Source: a plasmid
Sequence record: NZ_CP145916.1
Length of the DNA: 64,000 nt
Strand: one strand, 5' to 3'
Shown here piece by piece: positions 11,731 through 21,798 of this stretch (position 1 is the stretch's first letter; each line of letters begins with the position of its first letter). A program made the position numbers and the translations under genes. Below the pieces are notes generated by a model. The model saw only the letters and a program-made list of their open reading frames with translations, was not told where the DNA came from and ran no database searches.

Positions 11731-12107
11731 CGAACAAAGTGGGTGGGACAATGCTTGATGCAGTAATAAACTCTTTCTTTACCAAGTGGTTTGAAGATAA
11801 AGAAAAGGAGCTCTCCGGGGATGAAAACTGGCATCCACCAGCAAAAGGGCAGGCCGGGTATCAGGAGTTTGAGGGGCGCAGGAATATCGCTTGGGCCGCG
11901 TGGGTAGCTCGCAATGACTATCCACTGATTACTAAGACGGCTCTGGCGCTTCCCGAAGATATGTATGTATTCCTTACTAAAGTTCGTGAAGCAAGACAGA
12001 CAGAAATAGACAACATGCGATCACCGGCTATCCAGCGCGACATGACCTCTACCGCTATGCGAAGTCTGGGTGACTATCTTATCCGTCATAACATCGCTGG
12101 GAAATAA
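11727..12107 (+). CDS. hypothetical protein
   Basis: ATGA-overlapped with previous gene. Confidence 0.4.
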   Translation: MTNKVGGTMLDAVINSFFTKWFEDKEKELSGDENWHPPAKGQAGYQEFEGRRNIAWAAWVARNDYPLITKTALALPEDMYVFLTKVREARQTEIDNMRSPAIQRDMTSTAMRSLGDYLIRHNIAGK

Positions 12108-12189
12108 ATTCAGGTGAAAGCATGGGCTCGTTCCATGCTTTCGCGTTTAAAATGGTAATGATTATTGTTTATTAGCCCTTGGGGGGTGT

Positions 12190-12837
12190 ATGTCTTTAAA
12201 ACTGTTAGCACTGATAATTTTGGTTGTGGGGGGTATCCTTTTCGTTTCTTTTTTACTGTATGAGAAGAGGAAGCGAGATAAGGAGCAAGGTGGTGAATTG
12301 GCCGTGAATCACATCAAAAGAGATAACCCGGTGTCTTCTCCAGCCAACCGGGGCAATTCCGTTCACGATCTCTTTATTGATGAGGATGATGAGCCGGGCA
12401 TGGTCAACGACCCCTATAGCGGTTACGTGGCTCGTAAGTACCTTATCAATCGCCAACAAACTGAACTTTATGATCGCCTTGAAAATCTATTATCCGGCGA
12501 TTTTCGTATTTCTCCAAGAATACGCATGACTGACGTTATCCGGCCTGAAAAAGAGATTATGGAATACGAAAGTGAACGTTCACGGATAATGAACAGTCGC
12601 TTTCAAAATGCACGTTTTGACTTCGTTGTTACCGACCTTGAAAACGGCGAAATTCGCGGTGTTGTCATGTCAGAAAATTCGCTTACCTTCCTTAATGATA
12701 GTGCTTTTGTCATTGAGATCCTGAACCGGCTAAATATCCCGCTGTACCGTTATGATGAAAGTTACACGTACTCTGACGATCAGCTATCTAATTTACTCTA
12801 CGAAACCTTTGACGGGGCCAGCCATGACGACAAGTGA
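12190..12837 (+). CDS. DUF2726-like (restriction-endonuclease-fold) protein with N-terminal TM anchor
   Basis: N-terminal TM helix; core ...TELYDRLENLL...ARFDFVVTDLENGEIRGVV resembles DUF2726; paralog of 19979-20512. Confidence 0.5.
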   Translation: MSLKLLALIILVVGGILFVSFLLYEKRKRDKEQGGELAVNHIKRDNPVSSPANRGNSVHDLFIDEDDEPGMVNDPYSGYVARKYLINRQQTELYDRLENLLSGDFRISPRIRMTDVIRPEKEIMEYESERSRIMNSRFQNARFDFVVTDLENGEIRGVVMSENSLTFLNDSAFVIEILNRLNIPLYRYDESYTYSDDQLSNLLYETFDGASHDDK

Positions 12838-13300
12838 AAAAACAATGATGGTCATCCGGCCATCTCAGGTACTCAACTTCCCCCACTTCTTCGTCTGGAT
12901 TATTATCGGGCTTTTCCTGTTCGTAACTAATGATGAGCTTTACGGCATACCGGTCTATATCGTTCCTATCTTCCTCATAGGCTGGCGCTACCTTGTTATC
13001 CACTCTATCCGCTATGAGATTACGACTGAACGCATCCGGTTCCATCGAGGGGTGCTCAACCGCAAGATGGACGAGACTGAGCTGTACCGCGTCAGAGACT
13101 ACAGTATTCGCCGTCCGTTCCACCTCCTTATTTTTCATCTGGCAACGCTCCACATCGACACAAAAGATGTTCGCCATAGCACGATAGATATGATCGGGAT
13201 ACGCAACGCAGAGCAGGTGTTAACGATGCTCAGAAAACAGGTGGAAGCCAGCAGAACACGCAAAGGGGTTCGCGACATCGACATTGGTGGATACCAGTAA
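12824..13300 (+). CDS. membrane protein with bacterial PH (bPH_2/YdbT-like) domain
   Basis: Two TM helices then ...RYEITTERIRFHRGVLNRKMDETELYRVRDYSIRRPF; start overlaps upstream stop. Confidence 0.45.
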   Translation: MTTSEKTMMVIRPSQVLNFPHFFVWIIIGLFLFVTNDELYGIPVYIVPIFLIGWRYLVIHSIRYEITTERIRFHRGVLNRKMDETELYRVRDYSIRRPFHLLIFHLATLHIDTKDVRHSTIDMIGIRNAEQVLTMLRKQVEASRTRKGVRDIDIGGYQ

Positions 13301-13412
13301 CGCTGTCTGGCGGGCTCAACACTTCGCCCCCGGCACGCTGGTGGTAAAATAGACAAATGCTTGCCGGGTGATTGGCCCGGCGCTGAATATAAAAACGAGA
13401 GCGAGATAATTG

Positions 13413-13843
13413 AAATGAAAACGACCGTTCGTTATGTATCAAAAAAGAAACCTGAACCTCCGGGGAATAAAAGGCCGGTTCCGCGTGCAGCCCGCAAACC
13501 CCTAAAGTATTTCAGCAAATCTGAATACCTTTATGCCGTGCTGTTCTTCGGATTCATCATTTTTGCAACCATGCGCTTTTATAACAAACAGGCAGAAGTT
13601 GAAACCACAGAGCCTCTTGGCCGGGTAGTCTCCATTGATTCTAACAGTCGTGATTTCAGCACAATGGTAATTACCACTAATACCACGCACTTCCTTGTGC
13701 CTCGTCCGACAGTGTTCTCTATTGGGAGTGATCTTAGCCTGCAAAAGCTGGTGGCCGGGGATTATCAGGTCTGTGTAGACGGAAAAGAAATTTGTACAAA
13801 AGTTGAAAAAAGAGAGTATCTGGCTATTCGACCTCTACCATGA
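13413..13843 (+). CDS. hypothetical membrane-anchored protein
   Basis: ORF with one TM segment. Confidence 0.4.
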
Positions 13844-13920
13844 CCGTTTTAAAATTATTCCTCAGATTCGTTTTTACATGAGAGGGGAAACCCTCTCATC
13901 TTTTACCGGGATGAGGAATA

Positions 13921-15597
13921 ATGACCGCATTAATGCTGATCGACGACTACAAAACTGGCTGTACCCACTACGAAGGCTTTGGTTGCATTAATGATGTTCA
14001 CGCCCTCATTGAAGAACACGCCACATCAAAAAAACAGATAATCGAACTGCATAGCAAAGTGATGGGTAGCCGCTTAGGTGATGTCTTTTCATACTTTGTC
14101 AGTGCAGCCGGGCAAAACAGCCTACATGAAACATTACGCGTTGAGCGCTTCTTTGATCCTGAACGTGCTATGTGCGCTCTGGATCAGGATTACTGGAACC
14201 GCCTGATAGACGTTATCAACGTGAAAAACTTCATGCCTGCCGAAAAACGTAACGAATGGTTTGACAGTCTGAATGAATGGCGAAAGGCTGACCGTTACTC
14301 TCTTGCCTCAGTGAAGCCTGTACCCTTTAATAGAGAAACTGCCCTGAGCACGGCCAAATCCCTGTTGGATGAGCGAAAAGACTTTTTCAGTGAAATGGTA
14401 GATGGTGTATTCAAAAACTTGTCACCTCACCACTATACGAATAAATCCGAAGGGTTTTCCGTGCGCATGATCGTCGATAAGGCCATGCCCTCAGTTAACA
14501 GTAACTATGACAAGCAGGAGTACATCAACGACCTGCGTAAAATCATCGGCCTTCTGTTCAACCGTGAAGGTGCAGAGAATGTCACCAGCCACCAGCTATT
14601 TAACGACCTACAAAAGTATTATGGCGAGTGGGTGTCTATCGACGGTGATTCTATCGCATTGAAGCCGCATAAAAGCGGGACAGTCCATGTTCAGGTAAGC
14701 CAAGAGATCGCAGACGCTCTTAACGTCGTCCTCGCGTATCGCTACCCCAACGTCATCCCGATGAAAAAAGCTCGTGGGAATGGCCGTCAGAAAAATACTT
14801 TTTCCAGCGACCGTACCTATTCGCTTCTTTCGGAGCCTCTGCCGTTCACAGTCAGTGACTATTTTGGCGAAATGGCTCGTAAGGGAGTAAAGCCAAAAAC
14901 GCACGACGGAATGCCCCCGCGCTATGAATATTCTCTTCCGGGCACCTATTTGCATTCGCAATCCACTAACGATGACGTTGCCCGTATTTATACGATGGTC
15001 GGCGGGGTGTCGAAAGAAGACAACGCTATGACGTACCTCTTTGACTATGATCCCGCGCCGGTATTCGAGCACCTCTTTATCAACGGGACATTACCAGACC
15101 AGAAATCACACCAGTTTTACCCGACCAAAAATGACATTCGTAAAACTGCCCTCGATATGGCTGAGGTGCAGGGGCACCATACAGTTATTGACCCGTCTGC
15201 TGGATTCGGGGATCTGATTGACAGCCTGCCACGCAATGCGGCCACAACCACCATTGAAATTCACTCATTAGCCGCAGCTGTTCTCCGGGCCAAGGGATTC
15301 AATACTATACACGGGGATTTTCTCACGCAGCATCCTGCCTCTGTGGGGCTCTTTGACCGCGTTATCATGAACCCGCCATATTCAGAGGGGCGCTGGGTAA
15401 AACACGTCACTCATGCGCTCAACTTCATTAAACCGGGGGGGAAGCTGGTGGCCGTGCTTCCAGCATCAGCCCCCCAAAGCACCAGCATGACCAATATAGG
15501 GGGAGGCTATGATGTGTCTTTCTCTAAAGAGTACCCTCAAGCCTTTGAAGGTACGTTCGTAAACGTGGTGATCATGGTTGTAGATCGCCACGAATAA
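13921..15597 (+). CDS. putative DNA N6-adenine methyltransferase with large N-terminal domain (DUF4942-like architecture)
   Basis: C-terminal Rossmann MTase: VIDPSAGFGDL (motif I) and NPPY (VIMNPPYSEG) motif IV; ~400-aa N-terminal region of unknown function. Confidence 0.7.
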   Translation: MTALMLIDDYKTGCTHYEGFGCINDVHALIEEHATSKKQIIELHSKVMGSRLGDVFSYFVSAAGQNSLHETLRVERFFDPERAMCALDQDYWNRLIDVINVKNFMPAEKRNEWFDSLNEWRKADRYSLASVKPVPFNRETALSTAKSLLDERKDFFSEMVDGVFKNLSPHHYTNKSEGFSVRMIVDKAMPSVNSNYDKQEYINDLRKIIGLLFNREGAENVTSHQLFNDLQKYYGEWVSIDGDSIALKPHKSGTVHVQVSQEIADALNVVLAYRYPNVIPMKKARGNGRQKNTFSSDRTYSLLSEPLPFTVSDYFGEMARKGVKPKTHDGMPPRYEYSLPGTYLHSQSTNDDVARIYTMVGGVSKEDNAMTYLFDYDPAPVFEHLFINGTLPDQKSHQFYPTKNDIRKTALDMAEVQGHHTVIDPSAGFGDLIDSLPRNAATTTIEIHSLAAAVLRAKGFNTIHGDFLTQHPASVGLFDRVIMNPPYSEGRWVKHVTHALNFIKPGGKLVAVLPASAPQSTSMTNIGGGYDVSFSKEYPQAFEGTFVNVVIMVVDRHE

Positions 15598-15632
15598 GCA
15601 TCACATCAATACACATATTGTCCGGGGGGATA

Positions 15633-16373
15633 ATGAATCACGACATTTACTGCATGGGGAAGAAGGGCCATAAGCCTTTTGTGGTGGCTTACGGCAAGAA
15701 ATACCTTTTTATTGCAACAACAGACAGCGAGCTGACTGACGGATACGACGGGTATATTTTCCCTTACCTGTGTACCTACATCGTCGCTGACAGCCATTTA
15801 AAACCTATCGCCATCATTATGACAGGTAAGCGCATCATGCCTGAATTAATGGATGCAGATTGGAACGGAAAGAACCAACTGCCAACTATCAAGCCGCAGT
15901 TTACCCGTGAGTCGATTCTGAATGTGCCGCATGGCGTCTCGATGAATGACCTCACTCTCACGCTCTTAAAAGCGTGCAGACAGGCTCACCTGCAATGGTC
16001 TGATAACTATGCGGAGCAACAACCTTACGTTGACCCTATGCGCCGTACAGTCACGCTGTTCAACGAAACCTATGTGGTCAGTAAAGACATCAGCGCCACC
16101 AAAAAGGGACACGGCGTTATCTATCACGATCCCGAAGAGGGTTTTATATTCATCAATGAGCAGGAGCAGGCCGTCTTCTCGCTCGTGGATGTCGCTGGCA
16201 TTACAAGTTTTTCATCTGTAGCCTCTGTGGCTGGCCGTGTCACTTCTATGCTCGTAATTGACGATAGCGACCTTGGAAAACTGGGCGGTGAGATACTGAG
16301 ACACCAGCATCGTTTAGCCATCGCGGAACGGTTGCACGACGTTTTAACGTTACAGTTTGGAATTCAGGGATGA
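15633..16373 (+). CDS. hypothetical protein (MTase operon gene 2)
   Basis: ORF after tccGGGGGGAtaATG; ATGA overlap into next gene. Confidence 0.45.
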   Translation: MNHDIYCMGKKGHKPFVVAYGKKYLFIATTDSELTDGYDGYIFPYLCTYIVADSHLKPIAIIMTGKRIMPELMDADWNGKNQLPTIKPQFTRESILNVPHGVSMNDLTLTLLKACRQAHLQWSDNYAEQQPYVDPMRRTVTLFNETYVVSKDISATKKGHGVIYHDPEEGFIFINEQEQAVFSLVDVAGITSFSSVASVAGRVTSMLVIDDSDLGKLGGEILRHQHRLAIAERLHDVLTLQFGIQG

Positions 16374-16720
16374 CTAATAAACAGATTAAATTTGGGGGTA
16401 AGCGATTGCAATTTACCCCGGAAGCACAGGCGATTATTCCTGAAAAATCATCTGGTTTGATATATCCTGTCGAGCAGGGATTTGCCATCACGGATAAATC
16501 AGGGGTGCCTCGCCTTCTCGTTATTAGTGACGAGGGGAGTGAGTTTTGTTGGTTTGTCTCCGGCCAGAAAAAGGCCGGGAAGTATCGACTTTCAATCACC
16601 ACTGACGAAGATGAGAAAGAGTTTGGCATTGACGGTATGGTATATGAGGACGTCATTTCACTGGCTACCCGTATATACCGAAAGTGTCAGAAATACCTCG
16701 CAGAATATAGTGCTCTTTAA
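16370..16720 (+). CDS. hypothetical protein (MTase operon gene 3)
   Basis: 116-aa ORF translationally coupled. Confidence 0.45.
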   Translation: MTNKQIKFGGKRLQFTPEAQAIIPEKSSGLIYPVEQGFAITDKSGVPRLLVISDEGSEFCWFVSGQKKAGKYRLSITTDEDEKEFGIDGMVYEDVISLATRIYRKCQKYLAEYSAL

Positions 16721-16730
16721 GGTTTAAATT

Positions 16731-17411
16731 ATGGCAGACGATGACAGCCTGATAGAGAAAATGCCTTTTCTCTTTCAAATAAAAAGTGGTGTTCATGGGA
16801 AAGAGATTACGTCTCTTTTTCTTATTTATGCGTATCGCCCAGAACTCACTGCTTTACTCGACGAGTACACCAAAACCCTGTACGGAAAAAAGACTGGGTG
16901 GGATAAAACGCTCGGGGCGCATGTTTTTGAAGATGGGCTTGTCAGCTGCCGGGTTGGTCGTGTCAGTGCCACTACGGATGCCACGGCCACCACACTGAAA
17001 GAAAAAGGGCTTGTGGTTGATATCACCGGCTTTAACCAGCAAAAAACATACGATGAACTAAGTCGGGAAACCCCCGAATACTTTAAAAAACAAGACTCTG
17101 GAGATTTAAAAATGTCTGGTCGTTTACACATCAAAAACTTTTCTACCTGCAAACTTTGCAGTTCATCCATTATCTCAGGCAAGCCCAGCGCAGTTGACCC
17201 GGCGTGGAACTCGGCGCACCTGTATGACGCGATGAAGTCGGAAGAGCAAAGCTTTCGCAATATCCATAGCGTTTCCTTGCGCGATAAGCTCAACATCTCA
17301 TGGGCAGTACCTGTGGTAGATGAGATCATACGGGGTGAAGGGCGCTGTGAGTTTTGTCAGAACTACTGCGAAAAAAGCCGCACTATCGTCTCAATGGTCG
17401 TCGTTCTCTGA
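16731..17411 (+). CDS. hypothetical protein with two CxxC pairs (putative zinc-binding)
   Basis: CKLC...CEFCQNYC motifs. Confidence 0.45.
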   Translation: MADDDSLIEKMPFLFQIKSGVHGKEITSLFLIYAYRPELTALLDEYTKTLYGKKTGWDKTLGAHVFEDGLVSCRVGRVSATTDATATTLKEKGLVVDITGFNQQKTYDELSRETPEYFKKQDSGDLKMSGRLHIKNFSTCKLCSSSIISGKPSAVDPAWNSAHLYDAMKSEEQSFRNIHSVSLRDKLNISWAVPVVDEIIRGEGRCEFCQNYCEKSRTIVSMVVVL

Positions 17412-17467
17412 CTTCGGCCTGCCCATACCCCATGCGATAATAATTTATCAGTTCGTGGGGGAGTCTT

Positions 17468-17779
17468 ATGGGAAAGTTTCGGTTGTGGCTCAACCGGCTC
17501 ATCTACCGTTTTACGGTAAGTAGCGAAGAGCTAGAGATGTGCCGCAGTGACAGAAAATTAATGAACAACCTCCGTCGCACGTTTAACGAGGTTGAAACCA
17601 AAATGTCTGTGTTTGAAAAAAATGGAGGGAGTTGCTCAGAAATCGGTGGTAGTGGTGTATCGCTGAATTTAATGGGCTTTAGGGTTTACGTTTACCGTCC
17701 TGTGAAGAAGACGGAAAAGGGCGCGGATCACTCTGGGGAGAGTACCGTCGTCCAGTTAGACAAGTATCGCACACGATAG
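17468..17779 (+). CDS. hypothetical protein
   Basis: 103-aa ORF, GGGGAG RBS. Confidence 0.35.
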   Translation: MGKFRLWLNRLIYRFTVSSEELEMCRSDRKLMNNLRRTFNEVETKMSVFEKNGGSCSEIGGSGVSLNLMGFRVYVYRPVKKTEKGADHSGESTVVQLDKYRTR

Positions 17780-17802
17780 TCCTACAATTTGGGGGGAGGT
17801 AT

Positions 17803-18468
17803 ATGGACAATGTGAGCCCTGTTCAGGGTCTGACATACGTAATGGTTGACTATGAAAATGTTCAGCCGTCAGTCATACGTTTTGCAAAGCAGCCGGAAAC
17901 ACATTTTATCGTGTTTGTAGGCCACCAGCAGGACAGAGTGAATTTTGGCCTCGCTTCTGTGTTGCAGCCCCTTGGCGAGCGGGCACAATACGTGAAAATT
18001 CACGGCATCGGGGCCAACGCGTTAGATTTTCATATCGCGTTATTTATCGGGAAAATTTCTGCGCGTGAACCGAACGCAGGCTTTGTCGTCATTTCCAACG
18101 ACAAAGGCTATGACCCCATCATCCAATACTTAAAAGCCAACGGCACCAAAATTGAGCGACATGCCATGTCTGTTCAGCTCAAACCTTCCAGACAACCAAA
18201 ACACCAAGTCCAGACAAAAAACCGCCATCGCAGGCGGGAAGGGCATATTAAACGCATAACCCGTGCGCTGGTGGCTATGTATCCCAACGTTCCTAAAGAT
18301 AAAAAAGGTCTGGAGGGTGTCATTCGCTCTACAGGCGGGCATGAACCGCTAAGCAACAAAGAAATGAAAGGCATCGTTTTCCAGCTTAATCATCGTGGGC
18401 TGGTGAATACCTATGGGAAACATGTTGTTTACAACGTTATTGATACCAAACTGAAAAAATCAGCATAA
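17803..18468 (+). CDS. NYN/LabA-like (PIN-fold) domain protein
   Basis: VMVDYENV ... GANALDFHIA ... VVISNDKGYDPII pattern typical of NYN domain acidic residues; basic C-terminal tail. Confidence 0.5.
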   Translation: MDNVSPVQGLTYVMVDYENVQPSVIRFAKQPETHFIVFVGHQQDRVNFGLASVLQPLGERAQYVKIHGIGANALDFHIALFIGKISAREPNAGFVVISNDKGYDPIIQYLKANGTKIERHAMSVQLKPSRQPKHQVQTKNRHRRREGHIKRITRALVAMYPNVPKDKKGLEGVIRSTGGHEPLSNKEMKGIVFQLNHRGLVNTYGKHVVYNVIDTKLKKSA

Positions 18469-18477
18469 GAGGATTCT

Positions 18478-19287
18478 ATGCAAAATTACCCACGTAAACT
18501 GGCTTTGTCTGACTGGAATATGATGATGAAGCATAGTCTAAAACTTATGCTATCCATGTCCGGGCTCGCCATGTGCGCTATTTTTGTCATCATCGGTGGC
18601 GGAGCTATATACCTGATTATGGGAAAAATCTCGATGATAGGGTTGGGCTACTTTATTCTCCAGCCAGCCGTCATTACGATCTACCTTGCCTGCCTTCTGG
18701 CCCGTTATCGTTCAGGTAATAACGCATTACCCGTTGGTAAAGAGCTCAGGAACATTATACTCACCTTACTGATTGGCACCGTAGCCACTGCCCTGCTAAT
18801 TTCGTTACTATGGCTACTTCACATCTACATGCCTGTAGCTGGTGCTGCTGAGACGCACCCCGTCATATCAGCTTCGACGGACAACGTAATCACGCCTCAG
18901 AGCCTCAAACCGCAGTCTGTTGCGTTTGTGTCGGTCTTCCCGGTGATGTTCAACATCTACAGCATTGCCACACTCTCTATGATGGGGGTATTACCGTGCA
19001 TTGGCATCATTATCGGCGTACTGGTTAACTGCAATGCACCCCTTCACAAAAATCTGGGCATATTGTGTCGCGGCTTATTCCGCAACATTGGCACGATGAT
19101 CATCTTCTCGTTGTTCACCTTCTGTCTCCTGTCATTCTGGTCAGTGATGGCCCTGAAAGGGGATATGTACGTGTTCCTGTCGCTCATCCCACTGACGTTC
19201 CTGAGCGTTATGGCCTATGTAATCGCTGAGCAAATCTACATGCCAGAAAAACGGTTAACGCCAAAAAATGCCACTACGGGTAAATAA
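18478..19287 (+). CDS. polytopic integral membrane protein
   Basis: ~7 hydrophobic segments. Confidence 0.5.
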   Translation: MQNYPRKLALSDWNMMMKHSLKLMLSMSGLAMCAIFVIIGGGAIYLIMGKISMIGLGYFILQPAVITIYLACLLARYRSGNNALPVGKELRNIILTLLIGTVATALLISLLWLLHIYMPVAGAAETHPVISASTDNVITPQSLKPQSVAFVSVFPVMFNIYSIATLSMMGVLPCIGIIIGVLVNCNAPLHKNLGILCRGLFRNIGTMIIFSLFTFCLLSFWSVMALKGDMYVFLSLIPLTFLSVMAYVIAEQIYMPEKRLTPKNATTGK

Positions 19288-19311
19288 CAAAACACTTTTG
19301 AGATAAATATT

Positions 19312-19719
19312 ATGCAAATGAAAACTATCATCATGGCGGGTTTACTGGTTTCGATGTCCTCTCATGCAACCATCGATTCCGGCCCCTCACTACTAGGGCA
19401 GAAGAAGACTAATATCATCAAGGCCAATGTCTCTGCTGTCGTGGCTTCATATGCTTGCCGTACTACGCTTGATGGCGGGAATGGCCTGTACCATCAGACG
19501 CTGAAAACAGCCGAAGAAGCCTTCATTCGTGCTACCGATAATAAAGAAAAGTCGAAAGAAATGATCCGGGTACTGGAAAAGAACATCGAAAATACTGACC
19601 CCGGCGCACAACTGCTTCGTCAGTTTGATGAAGTAAACGTACCCCCAGAAATGCGAAAACGCTCCTGTGAACAGATGGTGGAAGGAAGCGCACAAAGGGC
19701 CAAGCAGGCAGAACAGTAG
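19312..19719 (+). CDS. hypothetical secreted protein
   Basis: Signal peptide MQMKTIIMAGLLVSMSSHA. Confidence 0.45.
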   Translation: MQMKTIIMAGLLVSMSSHATIDSGPSLLGQKKTNIIKANVSAVVASYACRTTLDGGNGLYHQTLKTAEEAFIRATDNKEKSKEMIRVLEKNIENTDPGAQLLRQFDEVNVPPEMRKRSCEQMVEGSAQRAKQAEQ

Positions 19720-19978
19720 TGGCTGTAACTGTCTTTCGTCTGCGACCATCAGATCCTGAGTCGCTTTGGGAATGTGCCCGGAAAGATGGCTTTGCAGGGA
19801 AGGGGGGGTAATCAGTAACATGGGGCTCAGTAGCGGCTATGCCGCGCCCCGTCGCGATTTACCATACGTGTTAAGGTTGATTATTGTTCGCGACTTACAT
19901 GCCTTCGGCATAAAAGCGTGTTTCCCCTGCAACTGGGGGTTTCTTTACTGTTAACTTATAAGGAGTGAGTGAGGGACT

Positions 19979-20512
19979 ATGGATATTTTAGGCGGCTTAC
20001 TGTCTAACCCAGCTATCTATCTGGGCGTTGTTGTTCTTGTTGTTGCAGTCGCCATTAAGTCATTTGTTGAAAAGTCTGTAAAAGGGAAAGGGTGTAACCA
20101 TTCGCTCAGTAATTACTCTCTTGTCTCTTCGGTCATGACTAAGGCTGAAATGGCATTTTACCAGTCATTAATAACGGCTGTAGGTGGTGAATACACGGTA
20201 ATGGTCAAGGTCAGGCTGGCTGACATTATCACTGTTAAGAAAAACAGCAGTAATTACATGGCTCACTTCGGGAAGATAAAAGCGAAACACGTTGATTATC
20301 TCCTGTGTGATAAAGCTGATTTAAAACCTGTATTAGTCATCGAACTTGATGATAAAAGCCACCAGCGTACTGACCGTGTTGCTCGTGATAAATTGGTTGA
20401 TGGGATATTCAAGTCAGTTGGTTTGCCTGTTATCCACCATGCTGTTAAAAGAGCATACAATCAGAGTGATTTAATCCTGATGATTTCAGATGCGCTGAGT
20501 AATAATCGCTGA
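19979..20512 (+). CDS. DUF2726-like (restriction-endonuclease-fold) protein, TM-anchored
   Basis: VMTKAEMAFYQSL...VDYLLCDKADLKPVLVIELDDKSHQ matches DUF2726 core (D...ELDDK). Confidence 0.55.
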   Translation: MDILGGLLSNPAIYLGVVVLVVAVAIKSFVEKSVKGKGCNHSLSNYSLVSSVMTKAEMAFYQSLITAVGGEYTVMVKVRLADIITVKKNSSNYMAHFGKIKAKHVDYLLCDKADLKPVLVIELDDKSHQRTDRVARDKLVDGIFKSVGLPVIHHAVKRAYNQSDLILMISDALSNNR

Positions 20513-20584
20513 TTAAAATTAATAATTTCACCTGCCGTGGTTGCTGTGGCAATGCCGCAGTAACCATTCCCAATGGAATATTAG

Positions 20585-20938
20585 ATGAACATCAAAAAGT
20601 TATTTGCCCTTAAAAGCCCTTGCAAGAACTGTCCGTTCCTGAAAGAAAACGGTATAGATTTAGTTGAGGGGCGTTTGGACGAAATCAAAGAAGATTTGCT
20701 GGCAAATGATGAAAAACCATTTTTTTGCCACAAAACAACGTACTCCACTGGCGGGCATTATGATGATGAAACAGAGAGTTACGTTAACTCATGGCAGGAG
20801 TCATACTGCATGGGTGCAATGGCATATCTCTATGCAAAGAAGCGCCTGAACGTGACAACAAGAATAGGAATTGTCATGGGGATGTGTGACGTTGAAGACA
20901 TCAAAAACACCATCCCGTTAATCGAAATAGATGAGTGA
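20585..20938 (+). CDS. hypothetical Cys-rich protein
   Basis: 117-aa ORF with CKNCPF...C...C. Confidence 0.4.
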   Translation: MNIKKLFALKSPCKNCPFLKENGIDLVEGRLDEIKEDLLANDEKPFFCHKTTYSTGGHYDDETESYVNSWQESYCMGAMAYLYAKKRLNVTTRIGIVMGMCDVEDIKNTIPLIEIDE

Positions 20939-20956
20939 TCAGGGGATGTTAAGTTG

Positions 20957-21520
20957 TCATAACAACTTCTGGATAAGCATATCGCCACCTTTTTCTGTGT
21001 AATGAATGCCGTCCTTAGTTCTTATTTGAATGTTATTTACCGTCATTGTAAATTTATCACCTATAATCGTGCCGGGGTTAAATACACCTATCCCGGATGA
21101 CTCTGCCGCTTGAGAGATCGCCCTTCGTGTATTAATTAAACCCTGTTCCGTGTTTTCATTTTTCATTGCTGGTGGCAACACCCAGATGATAGGGATGCTT
21201 TCATTTTTGTTTTTAATTATGGATATTAAATCAGATGCTTTCTTTTCGTATGAATTAACCTGCTGAAAAGTTACGCCATCATTAGCACCAATGGATATAA
21301 CAACCTTATCGAAGGGGCTAATATCCAACCCTCTAATAAATCCCGGCCAGTCTAGTTCCCCGGCTATTAAACCAGACCCTACAAGGTAATAACCGTCCGT
21401 TGGTGTAATCTTCTGTGCGCTCTTCGTTAACGTATAAGCAAGGCTGTCACCTATAACGAGGGTTTTTGCTGACATTACGGTGGGTAATAGCGACAGTAGA
21501 ATCAATGCAATGCTTTTCAT
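20957..21520 (-). CDS. secreted SGNH/GDSL-family hydrolase
   Basis: Signal peptide then LVIGDSLAY (GDSL block I), GANDG block, DGIHY (catalytic His block). Confidence 0.6.
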   Translation of the reverse strand: MKSIALILLSLLPTVMSAKTLVIGDSLAYTLTKSAQKITPTDGYYLVGSGLIAGELDWPGFIRGLDISPFDKVVISIGANDGVTFQQVNSYEKKASDLISIIKNKNESIPIIWVLPPAMKNENTEQGLINTRRAISQAAESSGIGVFNPGTIIGDKFTMTVNNIQIRTKDGIHYTEKGGDMLIQKLL

Positions 21521-21798
21521 TTTAATTTCCGGTCAATAACATTGCTGCGAAAATAACATGCTGTAATTAAAAATGACGAATATAAAACGGTACACTTTGA
21601 GGTCGAAAATAAAATCACCCTGAGTTGCGTTTTTTAATCAATCACTTACAAATATGATGCAAACGCTTCCAAGTTACTTACGTCAACTTCCAAACCTTGA
21701 CTCCGACAGTTTATAAATACCCCCGTTTTGTCCTTGAAAAAACTACCAACGACCTTTTATATGAATTAGCTTAGGTTGTGCGGCTGTCCGGGGGGAAC

